Shown here: positions 49,971-64,000 of the stretch, piece by piece | How positions within the stretch are numbered: the stretch's first letter is position 1 | Layout: every line of letters begins with the position of its first letter | Assembly: GCA_000934665.2 (NCBI GenBank) | Contig: KZ538017.1 | Location: 1 to 64,000 of the forward strand | Source: Catajapyx aquilonaris | Lineage: Eukaryota | Direction of reading: 5' to 3' | Length of the DNA: 64,000 nucleotides | Position numbers and translations under genes: made by a program | Notes under the pieces: generated by a model | Seen by the model: the letters and a program-made list of their open reading frames with translations, nothing else | Databases searched by the model: none | What the model was told of the DNA's origin: nothing

Positions 49971-52944
49971 GGGGGCCGCCTCTGATGACCCCCATTTCCG
50001 GCCGCCCACTGATGGCTGGCCACGCAGAAGAAGAGGAGGAGGAGGAGGTGGACAAAATTACCAGTTCCAGTTAGTTGCACACGACGAGTACATCGCTGAT
50101 CCTCGTCCCATTGTTGGTCGCAGCCATCGCCCGGCTTGTTTGCGGTTGTACCAGAAGTGTCGGCTTAAAATTTTGTCACCGGCTTTTTTGTCGCATTAAA
50201 AAGAAAACTGTTTCGACGCCAACTTCTTGTCTTCTTCACTCTTGTGGTGGTGGTGTGCTGGGGGCTGGTAGATTTTCAGGCGAAATAATAGACCAATTGT
50301 GGAGGCCATCGTTGGATTCAGGTAATCCGGATAATGGTGTTAGTAGTACGGTAATTGGCAACAATGTCGATGCACGGTACATGGTCTCCACAGTAACAAT
50401 GTGTTGCGTCATTGTTGCACTGAGAATATTCTAGAGGCTATCTTCTAGACGTGTCATTCTCTCTCACTCCATGTTCCAAACCAAACTGTTGGAGCCTTGG
50501 TTTTAAAGGTGCAGTTGGGTCTGATGCACTCAATGTTACATGTACTGTGTATACCACCCCGATGCGCCACAAAAAGTTAAATCCGTAAGAATGAAATTTT
50601 ATTTCTGTCGAGAGTTTTAATACCGGTTATTAATACCGGTCCAAATTATGGCAAACACATTCATCCATATTGGAAACAGTTCCCCTTTAACCATAGCTGA
50701 CGGCATCAAGATTCGTAAGAGCCAGGGTTTGAGCTTATAATATAGACAGTGCCCTTATGGACATTGGCTCGTCACTTTCCTGTTGTGGTCAAGCGCATGT
50801 GGCCTTGTCTCGAGTCAAAAAAAAAAAATGGATGGAGGTATGGGTGGTCAGGGGCGGTCGGTCGTGGACAGTACTCAAAGGTGGCCAATAGATAGATTCT
50901 CAGGACAATGGCCATACTCCGAACCAGATAGGTTTTTACTTTCTCCTTGTCATTAATTCATTCAACTTAACAAAAAGTGGCGACTATGGAGTCTATAGTT
51001 TAAAGAAAAAGGGGACGCCTGTGACGTCGCACCAAGGCGGAATTAGGAATCATTTCCGGTCTGGTTCCTTCGAAACAAATTGCGAATCCCGGCTGACCAC
51101 TCTCATCAACTTGCAAAACCGCTAAAATCATGTTCGGTTTGTACCTCCCGCCTCGACCTAATCAATCTGGCTAAAAAGCAGCTGTTAGCGTAACGGCTTT
51201 CGACTTAAATAGCTGCTATTTCGACACTGCCATTTGTAGGGAATTATTTTCATGTCATTCATCGAACATACGGTATTGCAAAACTACAGGCGATTTTTTA
51301 AAATACGAGCGAGACCGAATGCGCACCACAGTTCGCGCAGCTTGCAGGGTTGGAATTATCGATGATTATTTATTTATTTATTTACACAGCCCCGTGATAT
51401 GCAGAGACATTTTAGGGGGACACCAGACACCAGATTACATAGGAATTATCAATGGTAGTTGGTAAGGGTAGCCTATGGTGAGTGTACTGCGCCGCACTTA
51501 TTTCCAACGCTACATTTTGGGGGCGTTTGCGACGTTGCCAAGCTTTGGAGTTAGATAATAATTATGTCTGTGCGACTAACTGGAGGAAAAATGTAGGGCT
51601 CCCGGAGAAATCATCTCTCAAATTCCGGTAACCCTCCCGTGGCGTGGGTTTATTTTGCACCCACATTGTTCGCCCCCCACCAAAGTCTTCGTCAATAGAG
51701 AACCTTTTGTTGGCAGACTATGATGGCCGATTGGATGGTGCCTATTCCCCCATATTTCTCAGCCCCTTATTGGCTCCCTCGCAGCTTGACGATGCTGCGT
51801 TGAATGAAATCCTGGGGATCCTGGGAGTACAAAAAGTAAGTGAGCGACAATGCCCCCCCATATGGTTCAATTACGGTAATGGAACGCTTGCCCCAAACCT
51901 ACCCGGCCAAACTTTGGCAAGTTGAAGTCTTCTGTTTCAATTGTTTCCGGGCCCGGTATTTTTCCCCGGACCTATTTCCAGATGGCTGCCAGGCAACTTA
52001 ACAATGCGACGAGTCCACGTACTAGAGGACTATTGACTTAAAATAGTCTTTCCTGAAATCATCGTTTGTCACATTTGTTTCGAGCTGCAACCTTCCCTAT
52101 TAGGGAAAAAAAGGCCGCAGAGATATAGTTGATTTGTCCGGGTCCATGGCAACCTCGACTGCTTCCGTGGCAACTGGTTACATCATGCAAGTTGCACGAG
52201 TTGATGGAAGTGATGCTGGGATCGGGTTTTGCGATGGGAGTGGACCTCTTGCCGATTTAAGTCAAAGTCATGCGGGCTGCTGGAAGGGGCGACGGACGGT
52301 TTTTTTTGGGGGGGGGGAGGGGGGGAGGAGAGGGAAATTTTTTGGGAGAAACTTTTTGATTCGAAAAAATGTCTTCAAACGCGCCCGCTTCATCCAGAGG
52401 TTGCCATGTCATCCGCAGACACAAGTTCCGAACCATCTGGCTGCCATTTGAGGGGGTGTGTGTAAAGTTTATCAGGGAGGACTTGTGGAAATTAACTAAG
52501 GGTTATAAAGCAAACATTTTGCGAACCCGATAGTTAGATTATTAGAAAGTACAAGGTGTTTCCCTATCGATTTTGTATGCAGGGTTGGTCATATGGGGCA
52601 CTTGGTATAGAATTTGACAGGTGTGAGCCCTATTGACTGGAAGCACTTGTCCGTAGTGTCGTGACATGTGTTTTGGCATGATCGAACCGCGAAAAATAAA
52701 CCACTCAGTCAAGGTCAGATGGAGGGAAATTGAGAGAAGCGAACAATAAAAAGGCTGTCCGATGACTGAGTGGACTCGACCTCTAGTGGCCGCTGACCAC
52801 TCTTCTATCTCTGGAGGACGTGCTTCCCTGCACGATCATCCTACCAACCCTCTTCAAACGGGCTGGGAAAAGTGGACCGTCAAATGTCTCGAAAATGTCT
52901 GCAAAACCTCTCATCACCATGTGGCAACGTCGCACCCTTTCTAC

Positions 52945-53272
52945 TATTATGCGATTCACGAGTCCTGGCCTGTTAGGCTCCACCCACCTCCTCCCAACGT
53001 CAGCGGCGGAAGAAATCAGGCCTGGAATGCTCGCGATTCTCGCGAGTAGGAGCCATTGGTGAGGGGTTCGGTCTCAACAAGGGATAGGTGATTCGTCGTA
53101 TTTCCAGGCCTGGTTGTCCCCCCCCCCCCCAAATGCGATCCACTGCTGCCAAGTGCTCTCCCCCATCCTCCTGGCAGGCGTGTGAGGCCATGGCGGACGT
53201 GGCAACCTCGCCTTCAGAGGGCGGAGGACGGGGGAGGAGCCTAACAGGCCAGGACTCGTGAATCGCATAATA
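52945..53272. mobile_element. MITE family B, copy 2 (inverted, with an extra internal segment)
   Basis: Reverse complement of 45230-45511. Confidence 0.88.
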
Positions 53273-56200
53273 GCTGTTATCAGCAACTATTATGGCAGCT
53301 GTTCAGCTAGTAGCAGTAGAGGACGATCGAAAGTGTCTGGAGCCGTGTGTCTGAAGCGGTTGATTGGGCCTGACGGATGAGTAATAGGAACTTGGATTGA
53401 CCCGGACACGTTGATCAATCCAGCAGAGTCACCTGCAGGCACAGGTCAAAAGGTCACTTGCGGCTTCAGGTCAGATTAAGGATCGGTTTCGCCAACTAAA
53501 ATTAAAGAGAAAAATCTACCATTATGTGAATCGCATATGGCGCTGAAGGTTTGAACAAAAAAAAATACATTTGTGGAGAGTCGAAAAATTGGCGTAATTA
53601 TTGCAGTTTTTGCAGAGAGATAATAGCTTCGAGTTAAGTGGAATGGCGGCATGAAAAATTCTGCAAAATCCGCACACATTTTGCGAAATTCCTTCCCGGA
53701 ATGGTCCTCCATTTAGAGATCCGCGTTTAAAAAAATAAACGGCTTCAAATCCTTTTCATTGCACTAAATGCAACAGAGGAATCTGAACTGCGGCCACTGA
53801 AGCCAACAATAATGTCAACAATCAGCATTTTAGTTGGCCAACCCAGAGAGAGAGAGAACACAAAGGGAATGCAAAAATGGTTCCGTTTTGTAGATTGGGA
53901 CTGGGATCGAATATTTTGCAAGAAAAAAAAACGCCACGTGCAAACAATAAGGGCGGAACACACAAAGCATTGCTCTGGATATGCTGGAATTTGAGCTCGC
54001 CAATTCATTTCGCCAAACATTGGTCATGAATGTTGCGATATTACTCTGGGTCGCATTATACGCCGGGTAATAGTTTTCGCAATTTGGCGGAAAAACCTGG
54101 AATAAAAGTTTCCAGCTGGGTCTGATTATATTGCAAAAATCGGTAGCAATTTTGATGCTCGTCTGTTGCAAAGATGAAGGAAGGAAAATAAAGAAATTCG
54201 TCCGTTTCTTTGCAGAATAAAAGTTGTTCTCAATGATTGGCAGATGACAGCCGGATGTAAGCTATTTTTGCAGAAATTTTTGCGAAATACAAACAGCCTG
54301 CTTTTCGGATCGTTGAAAGAAAACCTTCAACGGCCTGGTTTTGCGACCTTCCTCCAGACGGATCGGTGGAAACTTTCGCGATTTTTTGTTGTTGTAACTG
54401 AGATTAATATGCCATTTTCGGGAAAAAAATTGGCATAAAAATGTCGAGGAAGCGAAATATTAGTCGAGTGTATACGACGGCAAAATTGCGGACTGGATTA
54501 TTTATGGCTTCGAGAGTCGGCCAAATTAGTCTGCAAGGAGAATGATTGGCAGTTTTTTTTGCGATCAGCTCAGTAGCAGGAAAATTCGCGAATTGTTAGC
54601 TCTAGCAACATCAGGTCGAACAGAATGACCTTGAAATTTTTCGATGGTAAATCCGGTTTTTTGCGAGTCCGAAACTGGCGGATTTCAATTTTTGCCGCGT
54701 GACTTACGGTGCGAATTATCTGCATATTTGCAAAAAAAATGCAAATTCGCAATAATGATATCGGATGCGATTTGGTGTGTTCAGACTGCGTGCTGTACAA
54801 TTTGGCGAAATGGAGATTATGCTCGGGGTTTCGGAACGCATTTTTGCATGATTATATGCCATCGATCAGTTCGCTAAAATGGGGTTGAACTTGAGATGTT
54901 GCGAAAAATCCTGACGAGGCATTTGTTAATCAATGTTATTCCGTTAACTGCACGTTGAAAGGAAGATCTCCATAGGACCAGACGCGAATTTTCCGCAAGA
55001 ATGAGAATCTGGAGGATTTGCCTGTGTGTGGGCGCTGGAATTTCGCGAAATCCGAGGAGCTGTCTCTGTCTGCACAATCCTGGCAGAAAAGAGGCGGGGA
55101 TTTTAGCAAAGAGTGCGAAAGTGGTTGCCTTGCCACCTGACACGACAAAAGCCACGGTTCAAGGAGAGACTTTTGGCGATTTCCTTACTTTTGCGAAAAT
55201 GGCTTCTGCGGTTTTTTTTTTCGTCGAGCGTTTGTGTCGAGGTCGGAGCTACAGACTGTTTACGACCCAACTTTTTTTTTTTTTTGCAAACTCCTATTGC
55301 GGATGTAAACGAGACACTTTTGCAGTCCTTTCATGGCTGCCCTGGGAGGAATTCCATCTCACTTCGCACTGTATTTCGCCTTTAAAAAATGAGCCAAAAA
55401 AAGGTGATATGATACGAATGCGAAATTCCATTAACACTTAATTTAAAATGCGGCTTTCTGCGAAATATCTGCCCCTAATTCAACGTTACTTTTGAGTGCG
55501 CAGAGTTGACACAACGAATTAGCGTCGGATGAGTTTCTTTATCATTTTTTGGTTCAAACTTTGGCGCGATCGATCGTTCGGTAGAGTTTGAGACGAGATA
55601 AACTCATCTTCAGAAATGGTCCAGAATATGGATGATGCTGCATTGCTAATTCCTTTTCATGTGGTCCCTGCTGGCAAATCTATCCCCATCTTGCTATAAC
55701 CTGTCATTCGCAAACCTGGCTTTATTGGTCCTCCCAGGGAGGATTATTGAATTGGCCAATAATGATTCGCAGGTTCTGTTTGCCAACCCTAATTGCTTTC
55801 CACTGCTGGGAAAATGGTCTTATCGAGAGGAAGAAGTGTCCACACTTTTTTCTCACACCAACTGTGCTGCTAATTAGGGTTTTATCATTTGATGTGTTAT
55901 ATTTCATAGAAGCCTTGTATGACCGCAGTTTTATGCGCCGACAAAATATTTAGCGTGGCACTTTGGATGTCAATTAGTGGCCCCCCAATTAATACTTGAT
56001 CTCTATACCACGACCACTCCATAAAGGTTAAGGCTAACCGGCTTGATGGTCACCTTTCTCTAATGATGATTAGTTGCCCGTTAGCTGTCCAATAATGGGT
56101 GGGGAGTGATAATTGCGGCTATAATCGGAGTCAATATGACAGGTTTAGGGTAAGAGTTATTTAGCGGCGCGGACTGGCAACAGTGTGCTGCGCAGCGAGT

Positions 56201-59200
56201 AAAAAACAATAAAGTTTGAGAGCCAACTGGAGCTTATTGTCAGTAATGAACCGGAGTCAATCAGCTTCGTTTTCTCACGTGGCCAAAGTTTCTGCAGCCC
56301 GTCATGTTGCGACAACTTTGTGACAGTCTGCAGCCTGCTTTTCCCCCGTCCTATTAATCACCTGTACTAGTCGTACTTACCCTGCTGAGTCAATATTGTC
56401 ATTCCGCCAATTCACTCGGAAAGCCCTTCGTCATTTACTTATTCAGCTCACTGAAACAAGTCTCTTGGCATATACGTGTCGCTGGTTCACTAATAATTAA
56501 TTATTCGAGGTTGTAGAAAATTAATATCGGGTGATTACGCGCTCATCCGGCCATCTTTTTATGCTTTTTTTCCTGCCAATAATCCGTCTGGTTGCAGAGA
56601 TTAATATCTTGGGGATATTGCTGATGGCGGCTTATGAATAGCTGGCGGATGATCGCAAAAAATTAATTATTTCTAATCCTGCTCGTTGCTTCCCATCCCA
56701 TCCATCTCACGTCTTTGTGAAGACGACATGAATCCATCTCTTGCATTTAAAGTAGATGATAGTAAAGCAGTATATACTCTGGGAGTGTAATCCATGTGCT
56801 GATCAAAAGTGCGGAGGATTATTCATTATGGGGCAATGTTTAATGGAATAACGAGGCAGTTGATGCCCCCGTTTTAAAACATTGCGAATTTCCGCCAACG
56901 AGAATCAGCATTGCTATTTTTTTTTTGTTTATAGAGTGCGTATCTTTTTTGGTGCGTGCTCGTTACCCCACTTTTAATGTACATTTTATGGCCCCATTCA
57001 GCATGGTAATAACTGAACTACTGTGCAGTTTTTTTTTTCCAACTCGTCATTTCGCACGCAGTACTTGACATCAAAAAAATTTCGCACCAATTCGGCGAGT
57101 CTTTTGAGCAATTAGGTGAAGCAAAGGAGAAAGAGGAGCCCCCCTGGGAATTTATTAGCTTACTTATTCGCCAAACCTAGTTAAGAAAATGACCTTGACA
57201 CTATTTCAGCCTAGCTAGGGTTGATCATCCCAGGCCTTGAACTTAGCCTCGGACTAATTATTATACAGAACTTTTTGCCGCCATTTCCAGCATGCCTCTT
57301 CATGAAACAATTTCAAAAAATGGCACTCGACTAATTAGTTCGAGTGCAAGTACTTTCCGTTAAGCACTCCCTTTTGATCTGCAGACCAGCAGGTGCTTCT
57401 CCAGCCAGAGAGAGCGAAGGTGGTCACAATCAGAGGGGGTGCACTAATTAACAAAGGCGGTCCTTCACTTCTTATTAGTGCAATCAGCCGCTGCTTCATC
57501 ACCCTCTCTAACTCAGGGCACTCATCCCGTTGCCAAATGCGTCGAGGCACATATCTCTGTGCACTCGAGTAAGCATTACAGTACATGTCGGTATAGGTTA
57601 TGATAGGTTTGTTATCAATCAAGCTTTTTTTCCACCAGAAACAGTTTTGTACATATGTTTGCTGATTCATGTACTTAGCTTGGTATACATTTCTTCTCCT
57701 CCACCGCACCGATTCCTCTAAATCCAAAGCTGCGCTTGTTCACATATAAGAAATTCCCTTCCGTTCCATTAGCTGGAGCAGCTTACATGAAATATTCATC
57801 CCCCCAAAATACGAGACTTCTTTTGGGAAAAGATCCAGTTTGAAAAGTATGTCGATCTAAAGAAGCTTTTCGCTGCGATTGCACTTATTTTTGCACAGTT
57901 GTCCGGTGGGGACAGTCATTACTTTCGGAAATGATGAGTATGACCTTTTCACCTTTCCCTCTTATGGTACACGACATGAAGTGTAATGAGCATGTGGGCG
58001 CGGTGACCAGTAGTGTAAACATGCGTCGAGAGCCATGGCAACACAGCAGCTCATACTTGACGCCTTTGTGTGTGTACACGTGTAATTTGCCAAAAGTGGA
58101 TGTGCACTATTCAAGTGTGGCCAATTAGCATGTTGTACGACGACATTCAGGCACGTGCTGAGTATGTGTTTATCTTGAATTCAATGGGAGGGTGATAACC
58201 CTGTCTGGAAAAGGACAGGGTGTCCGAAAACTCTCCGGCTCAAATTGGCGACAGCGATTGATGCACCGGATGCCATTAGAGCTCTAATTCGCGAACGATT
58301 TGCTAACTTTTGAGGCCAAAGGTGTGACCTTTCACCCTCTGGATTTTGCAATAAGAGACGACTCCGATTCAAGTGGCCCTGGAGTGTTTGTTTTGCTCGG
58401 CAGGAAAAGCGATATATTGGATCTTTTCCGCTGTAAGATCATTGCATAATTGCGCGCATTTTTAACAAGTCGTTACATCTGGATAATGAGGCTACTGGAT
58501 TGCAATTGGCATGTCCCCAATTATTTGCGAGGATTCTGTGGGGGCTTAACGAGATGCTGCTTTCCGATCGAGACTTGTCACCTTGATAAGTTTTGGCAAA
58601 ATCATTTCTCGCCTTATTTGCCAAAACGTCTCGCAGCAACACTTGCATCCTGGAATCCATGCAATTTGGCATACTCGTCTGCTCGGCTCTTTGCACGACT
58701 CACAGGCGCGTGGTCCCAAACTTACATGCTGAAAATGACATGTTGTTGACCTTTTGCAGATATCAAGTACTTGCAAAGACGCGTTATAATTGCCCCCGTT
58801 TTTTGATGGGGCTATAATTTGTTTTCCTGGCTGCTCAGACACGAAGACAGCAGCTTATGACTATGGCTATAAAAACTGAAGCCATTAGTCTGTTATGACA
58901 GCTGTTTGCGAATTATTACGCGCTCGATATTTTCTTGCATGTTCTGTGCATACTGACATCCTTGCAGTACATGCCTGAGAATTTATTTGGCAAACATGGC
59001 GGGTTATATGGACGAACGAATATTTTTGGGGGTTAAAATGTGCGATTTTTTTGTGTGCAGTTTCTTTAGGGATAAACAAGCTCGAATCCATTCGTCAGCC
59101 TGGTGTCTGGTTGATCCCCAGCTCCGTCGTTAGGATTCAAGTCAGCCTCTTTATTTCCAAGCCCACTTTTTCTCCTGTCACTTTACTTGTTAGTAGTGCA

Positions 59201-59804
59201 TGGTCTGCAAATTACAAGCCGGGAATTGGATTGGCCCGCCTTGTGCGCGCACGACCTTTGCAAGTGACGGAGAGGACAAGCCGTGATAAATTTGGGAGTT
59301 AACACCTATACATAAATTTATTTGGGATCTGCCGCTGGGTGCCACAAGTACAAGTAGTTCGGAAGTGGACATTTGGACTCATTACAATCGGGATGGACTT
59401 AATTATTAACTGATTTCACACTTCCCCACGTGCTGCCGGATGATGATGTTTTATGCAGCGTGGCAATTATGCTAAAATAATGGAGTCGTTAGAAGGGATT
59501 ATGCGGCTCTGTACCCTGTGCCCCAAACGGTGAATGCGTGTCGGTGACGCGAGGCGCCAGTAAATCAACTGCGATGTTACCAGTTGAAGAGGATGAAAAA
59601 AAGGAGCTTGTAATTATTATTAGGGAGGGAGAAAGTAATTGAAGCGTCGAGCAAGTAAGGCGCACCCTTTCCTATAAAGTCGACGCTTAATTACTTCTTG
59701 GCCAAAACCTAGCTTCCAACCGGGGCGTCAACAACGGTCCAAGACACTTAGCCTGGAGGTAAGTTCAACCTGTTGCCAAGTTCCAGTGGTCTCTCTCTCT
59801 CTCT

Positions 59805-60420
59805 CTCTCAGGGGAGAAGCCAATCCCACAAAAATGGTTCCTCTCAGGGGAGAAGCCAATCCCACTAGAATGGGTCCTCTCTGGAGAGAAGCCAATCCCA
59901 GTAAAAGGGTTCCTCTCAGGGGAGAAGTCAAGGCCACTAAAATGGTTCCTCTCAGGGGAGAAGCCACTTACATAGAAGTGGTTTCTCTCTGGAGAGAAAT
60001 AATTTTCACTGAAACTAGTGAAACAGGTCCTCTGGCCGGTGAGAAGCCCATTCACTGAATCGGCGCCTCTCCTGAAATGGGGTCATCCAGGAGAGAAGCA
60101 ACTTCCAATGAAGCGGTTCCTGTTCGGGGAGAAGTGATTTCGCTCTGGTCAAAATAGCCCCTCTCCCAGGACGAGTAGCTAATTTACTGAAATGGGGTCT
60201 CTCAGGTGAGAATCAATTTCCACTGATATGGCTCCTCTATGGAGAGCAGTCACTTACCACGAAGTGACTTCGCTCTGGAGATTAATAAATTTTCCGAAAC
60301 AGGTACTCTCCGGAGAGAATACATTTGCATCGAAGTGGCTTCTCTATGGAGAGGAACAATGTTCACAAAAATGGCCCCTCTCCGGGGAGCAGCCATTTTA
60401 CTGAAACCTCTCCGTAGAGA
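59805..60420. repeat. 36-bp tandem repeat (CTCTCAGGGGAGAAG core) decaying rightwards
   Basis: Core recurs with a 36-bp period over 59805-59990, then degenerates. Confidence 0.9.
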
Positions 60421-61872
60421 CGTCGTATAAGATCAGCGAAAGAGCGGGCTTTGCTATAGTACTACTTTTGTATTGTTTCGAATGGGAATAATTTTTGCTA
60501 TAAAATGTTTCATTTCCCCATCGATAATAGTCGAGGCAATGGCCTGTGTCAGGTATAACGATTGTTGGTATATAGTGAGCATCGCTCATACCCTGATCAT
60601 AGCCACTTCCTGGACCATCAGCAATTTCCTGTCCTCTTTCTGCCCGTCGGCTCGTGTGAGTCGAATAAACGACCGGATTTTTGTGGGGTTCCCCCCAGCA
60701 GGGATCCGCATCCTGACAATAAATCGCCTCTGGATCGTCCACCTCATTTTTTGTTGTTGCGGTTTTAATAGCGATACAATGTATTACTGTATATCGCCAG
60801 TGCGTCCCCATATAGCTAAGACGCGACTCAAACACCACGACTTAACTGGCTGGAACTAAATGAAATAGTCGAATGGAGGTGTTTGTAGACCTATACAGAT
60901 AGTATCGAGCATTACTCAGGTGGAGAAACTCTAAATCGGTTTTGCAGCCAGCAGGTGCGAGGAAGAAGTTGGCTTCATCGATCAAGTTTCTCTCTAGTTG
61001 TACGTACAAAACTCTCCAAACCTTCGCAACTACTTACCATTGCAAAAGGTAGCCCCCCCCCCCCCCTTTTGTTCAAGAAGTCGATTACGAAACTTTGGGA
61101 GATAGATGTGCAAGGAGGTGCAAGAGTAGCTTGGGGGGTCTTATCGCAACCGAATATTATCGTGATTTATTAGCCAAGTCCTATTTCTGCATCTGCTGGC
61201 AACAACTTAATACATTGCATGTTAAAGTCTGCACTACAGTTTCAAATTAGGCCAAAAATTTGGCAACACTGCACCACCGACTGTCCATAGATGGCGCGCC
61301 CTTCCCCTCTCTCTCTGCATAGTGCTGCCACTCGGAGTCGTACAGGGGGTAGTGTTACTACCAGCTCGGACAAACATCAGACAGATTAGTAGCACATTCG
61401 CAATCCTTTTGTACGCAACCTATCCCAACATTTTTGCTTTGGCTCGTCTACTTCTAGTCTACTATTTTGGGAAAGGGTATAGGCGAGAAAGGGTCAGCTG
61501 TCACCCGTTCCCCACTGAACCCGGATTAGGTAATTAATCACTAGTCGACACGGACTTAATCACCGTGGAAAAGGTGCGCTCCAATTACTCGCATTAGTCC
61601 GACAACAAAGAGGCCGGAGCTAGTTCTCTGGGCCAGACACTGAATGCAGAAAAGGCTCCGGATTCTTAATTCGGGCTGAAATCCGGGATGACAAATCCAA
61701 TCACCCCCTTTTTTTTATTATTCGGGAGCCTATACCAGATCTAGTTATCGGAAGAGAAAAGAGGAGGGTGCACAATAAAAGGGATGGATGTTGATCCGGA
61801 TTCACCCGGAGTCGCCTCTTTACGCTCCATAATTACCTTACCTCTTTCCACGCTCATTCCCTCCACCCATCG

Positions 61873-62224
61873 CATGGGGCAGGGAGCATACATAAGAGGC
61901 GCAAACTTCTGTCGGAGCCTTTGATGCTCGCGTCTCCCTGTTTGGGGCCGTTGCCAAAGCTGGCGGCCATTTTGAAGTGTGGGTAACGCCAACGAGGTAC
62001 AAATAAGGTACAGGCAAAAATAGGGTCCGCCATCTTTGATGGTTTTGGCGCCCATGGCAACTACACGGCAAGAACACGCGCGAATCAAAGATGGCGGACC
62101 ATATTTTTGCCTGTACCCTATTTATACCTCGTTGGCGTTGCCCCCGATGGCCGCCAGCCTTGGCAGAGAGACGCGAAAATCGAATGTTTGCGTCTCTTAT
62201 GTAGTATATGCTCCCTGGCATGGG
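61873..62224. repeat. Imperfect ~350 bp foldback element
   Basis: CAGGGAGCATA...TACAGGCAAAAATA.GGTCCGCCATCTTTGAT mirrored by ATCAAAGATGGCGGACC.TATTTTTGCCTGTA...TATGCTCCCTG. Confidence 0.85.
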
Positions 62225-63527
62225 AATAAGCCATTTTCAGGGCATGTTAGGAAAATGAGTAAGGTAGCAGACCTCCAGGTCAGCCTCCATGAGAGTCAGG
62301 AGCGCCTCTCACGGAGGCTTCAAGCGAACCAACATTTGTCCTGGAACTGTTTGTCCTGAGATTACAAGACGTGTAAGTACGGTGCATGGAGAGCAATCCA
62401 AATTATGGGGAAGATGCCGCGCACAGTGGGAGCTTCTTCGGTGCAAAAAGAAATGAAGAAGAAAAGTAATCTGGATACGCAATAAAAACGTCCCATATCT
62501 TATGCGCCAGAACTAAGCGAGATAATTGGGTCTGCGCAGGGAATAGCGAAGAGACGAGTACAGTGTACAGTACTGCGAATAAGAGGAAATAATGGCACTA
62601 TTTTGTCCGGTTGCGGTTGGATCGCGAGCCAGGAGTTTGGGTCATCTCAGACTGCGTCTCGGGTGGGCTGTCCGCTAGACTAACCACCCGGGGGAGCTCA
62701 ACAGCAGAATTCTGCGCAAATGTTGCCAAATATGCCTACCAGACATAAGGTTCAATCAGCCGGCACGAAATTGCGCGAGTACCGCCGTATATATTTGAAG
62801 ACCGTAATTGCATATGTGGCCCTAAGTTATTGGCAAAGCAGCGGGCCGCCTTTTATTATTAGGATATAACGTATGCAGGAATGTAAACCTGGCCTAATTG
62901 GCGATCCCGGAGGCTGCTTTTGATTCATCTCCTTCCAGACGACTCCATTTCTATACAACCTTTATTCCTTTTTGAATAAAGGCGAGGGTCTCTATTATAT
63001 TTACGACGTCTCTTCAGCTAACTAAGCAATAGCTTGCGACATCATGGTGCAGCGGGCATGAAACAGAAATCATTTCCGGTCTGGTTCCTCCACAGCAAAT
63101 TGGAGGGGGGAATGGTCAACGTCAGTCGGAATTCGCACTAGAAATAACCGCGATTTTACAATAGCCGCTATAACGTTTAAAATGGAAGCAATTATCCCAA
63201 ATTTCCGTCCTCTTCGGCCGACCAATTAGGAGCCAAGTCGCGGCTTGCCATCGGGAAATGAATGCAGCATATGCCACAGTAGCGATAATGCGTCTTCTCT
63301 TAAGACCAGCTAACGACTAGACCTAGGCAGTGATTCGCAAAGACAAAATCCGCTGATTGATGAGGAGCAGAGGCTTACGGCTCATCAATCAGGCCAATCG
63401 GCGATAATGGCTTCTAAATGGCCTCACTGGCCCATTTAGTCGCCATTCGTATAGCCACGATGACCCCCCTGGGACGACGAGATCAAAAATGTCCGCGGTG
63501 AGTCATCAGTAGCCTGCGCCATCTTAA

Positions 63528-63644
63528 CCTCCTGAGACCCCTGGTACAGTATACTGTACCTTTGTTTTTTTCCAGCACCTTCTGACTAACTCAAACGCGT
63601 AAAAAAGCAAAGGTACAGTATGCTGTACCAGGGGTCTCAGGAGG
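63528..63644. mobile_element. 117-bp piggyBac-like MITE
   Basis: TTAA-CCTCCTGAGACCCCTGGTACAG...CTGTACCAGGGGTCTCAGGAGG-ATAA. Confidence 0.75.
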
Positions 63645-64000
63645 ATAAGACATACTCCGTCCACAGTCGGACACAAGTTTTTGATGGAAAAGTAACCTTG
63701 CTTTCGAGCTACTAACCTTTGCAACCGGATCCTGCAACAGACCAAATAATAGTCGACTCTCAGACACAATAATGGTCCTTTTGGAGGCAGGCAATCTCCT
63801 GGCCGGTTATAGCCTCTTATTCCGCGGCTTCTAAGGGAAGGAGAGAGGAGATTGAAGCTGTCCAGGACACTTTTTGAGGGACCGACGACCCCCTTCCGGT
63901 CAGCCATATCCTCTTGCATGTCTCATCCACACACACACCCACTATAGAAACACGACCTTTTCGCTAAAGTCGACCCCGCAAATATTTTCTAGGCAGTCAA

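Noticed and set aside
57335..57727. 130-aa minus-strand ORF
   Set aside because: No domain or splice support.
59805..60420. CRISPR-like spacing of repeats
   Set aside because: Spacers are homologous to each other, the repeats decay progressively, the context is eukaryotic and there are no cas genes.
62270..63919. Possible minus-strand exons near the window end
   Set aside because: Isolated AG/GT sites exist but could not be joined into a stop-free frame; the 131-aa ORF runs into a MITE.

Overview
Eukaryotic, arthropod-like genomic DNA with spliceosomal introns and two N-gaps next to poly-G runs; no prokaryotic features. The centre holds a roughly 27 kb allatotropin/orexin-type neuropeptide GPCR gene on the + strand. 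It has five shared coding exons and two duplicated alternative last exons that give different C-terminal tails. Its second coding intron contains a complete three-exon, 349-aa gene on the opposite strand that I cannot assign to a family. The first 10 kb holds three tandem paralogous signal-peptide genes (one nearly encodes a six-cysteine secreted peptide), a decayed errantivirus-like env with polypurine tract and 3' LTR start, and an intact F-box/LRR gene. A 97-aa Gly/Thr-rich membrane-anchored micro-protein gene lies at 49.5 kb. The rest is non-coding, with many MITE families, foldback elements and minisatellites. All gene models were spliced by hand from GT-AG signals and reading-frame phase; no database searches were run.
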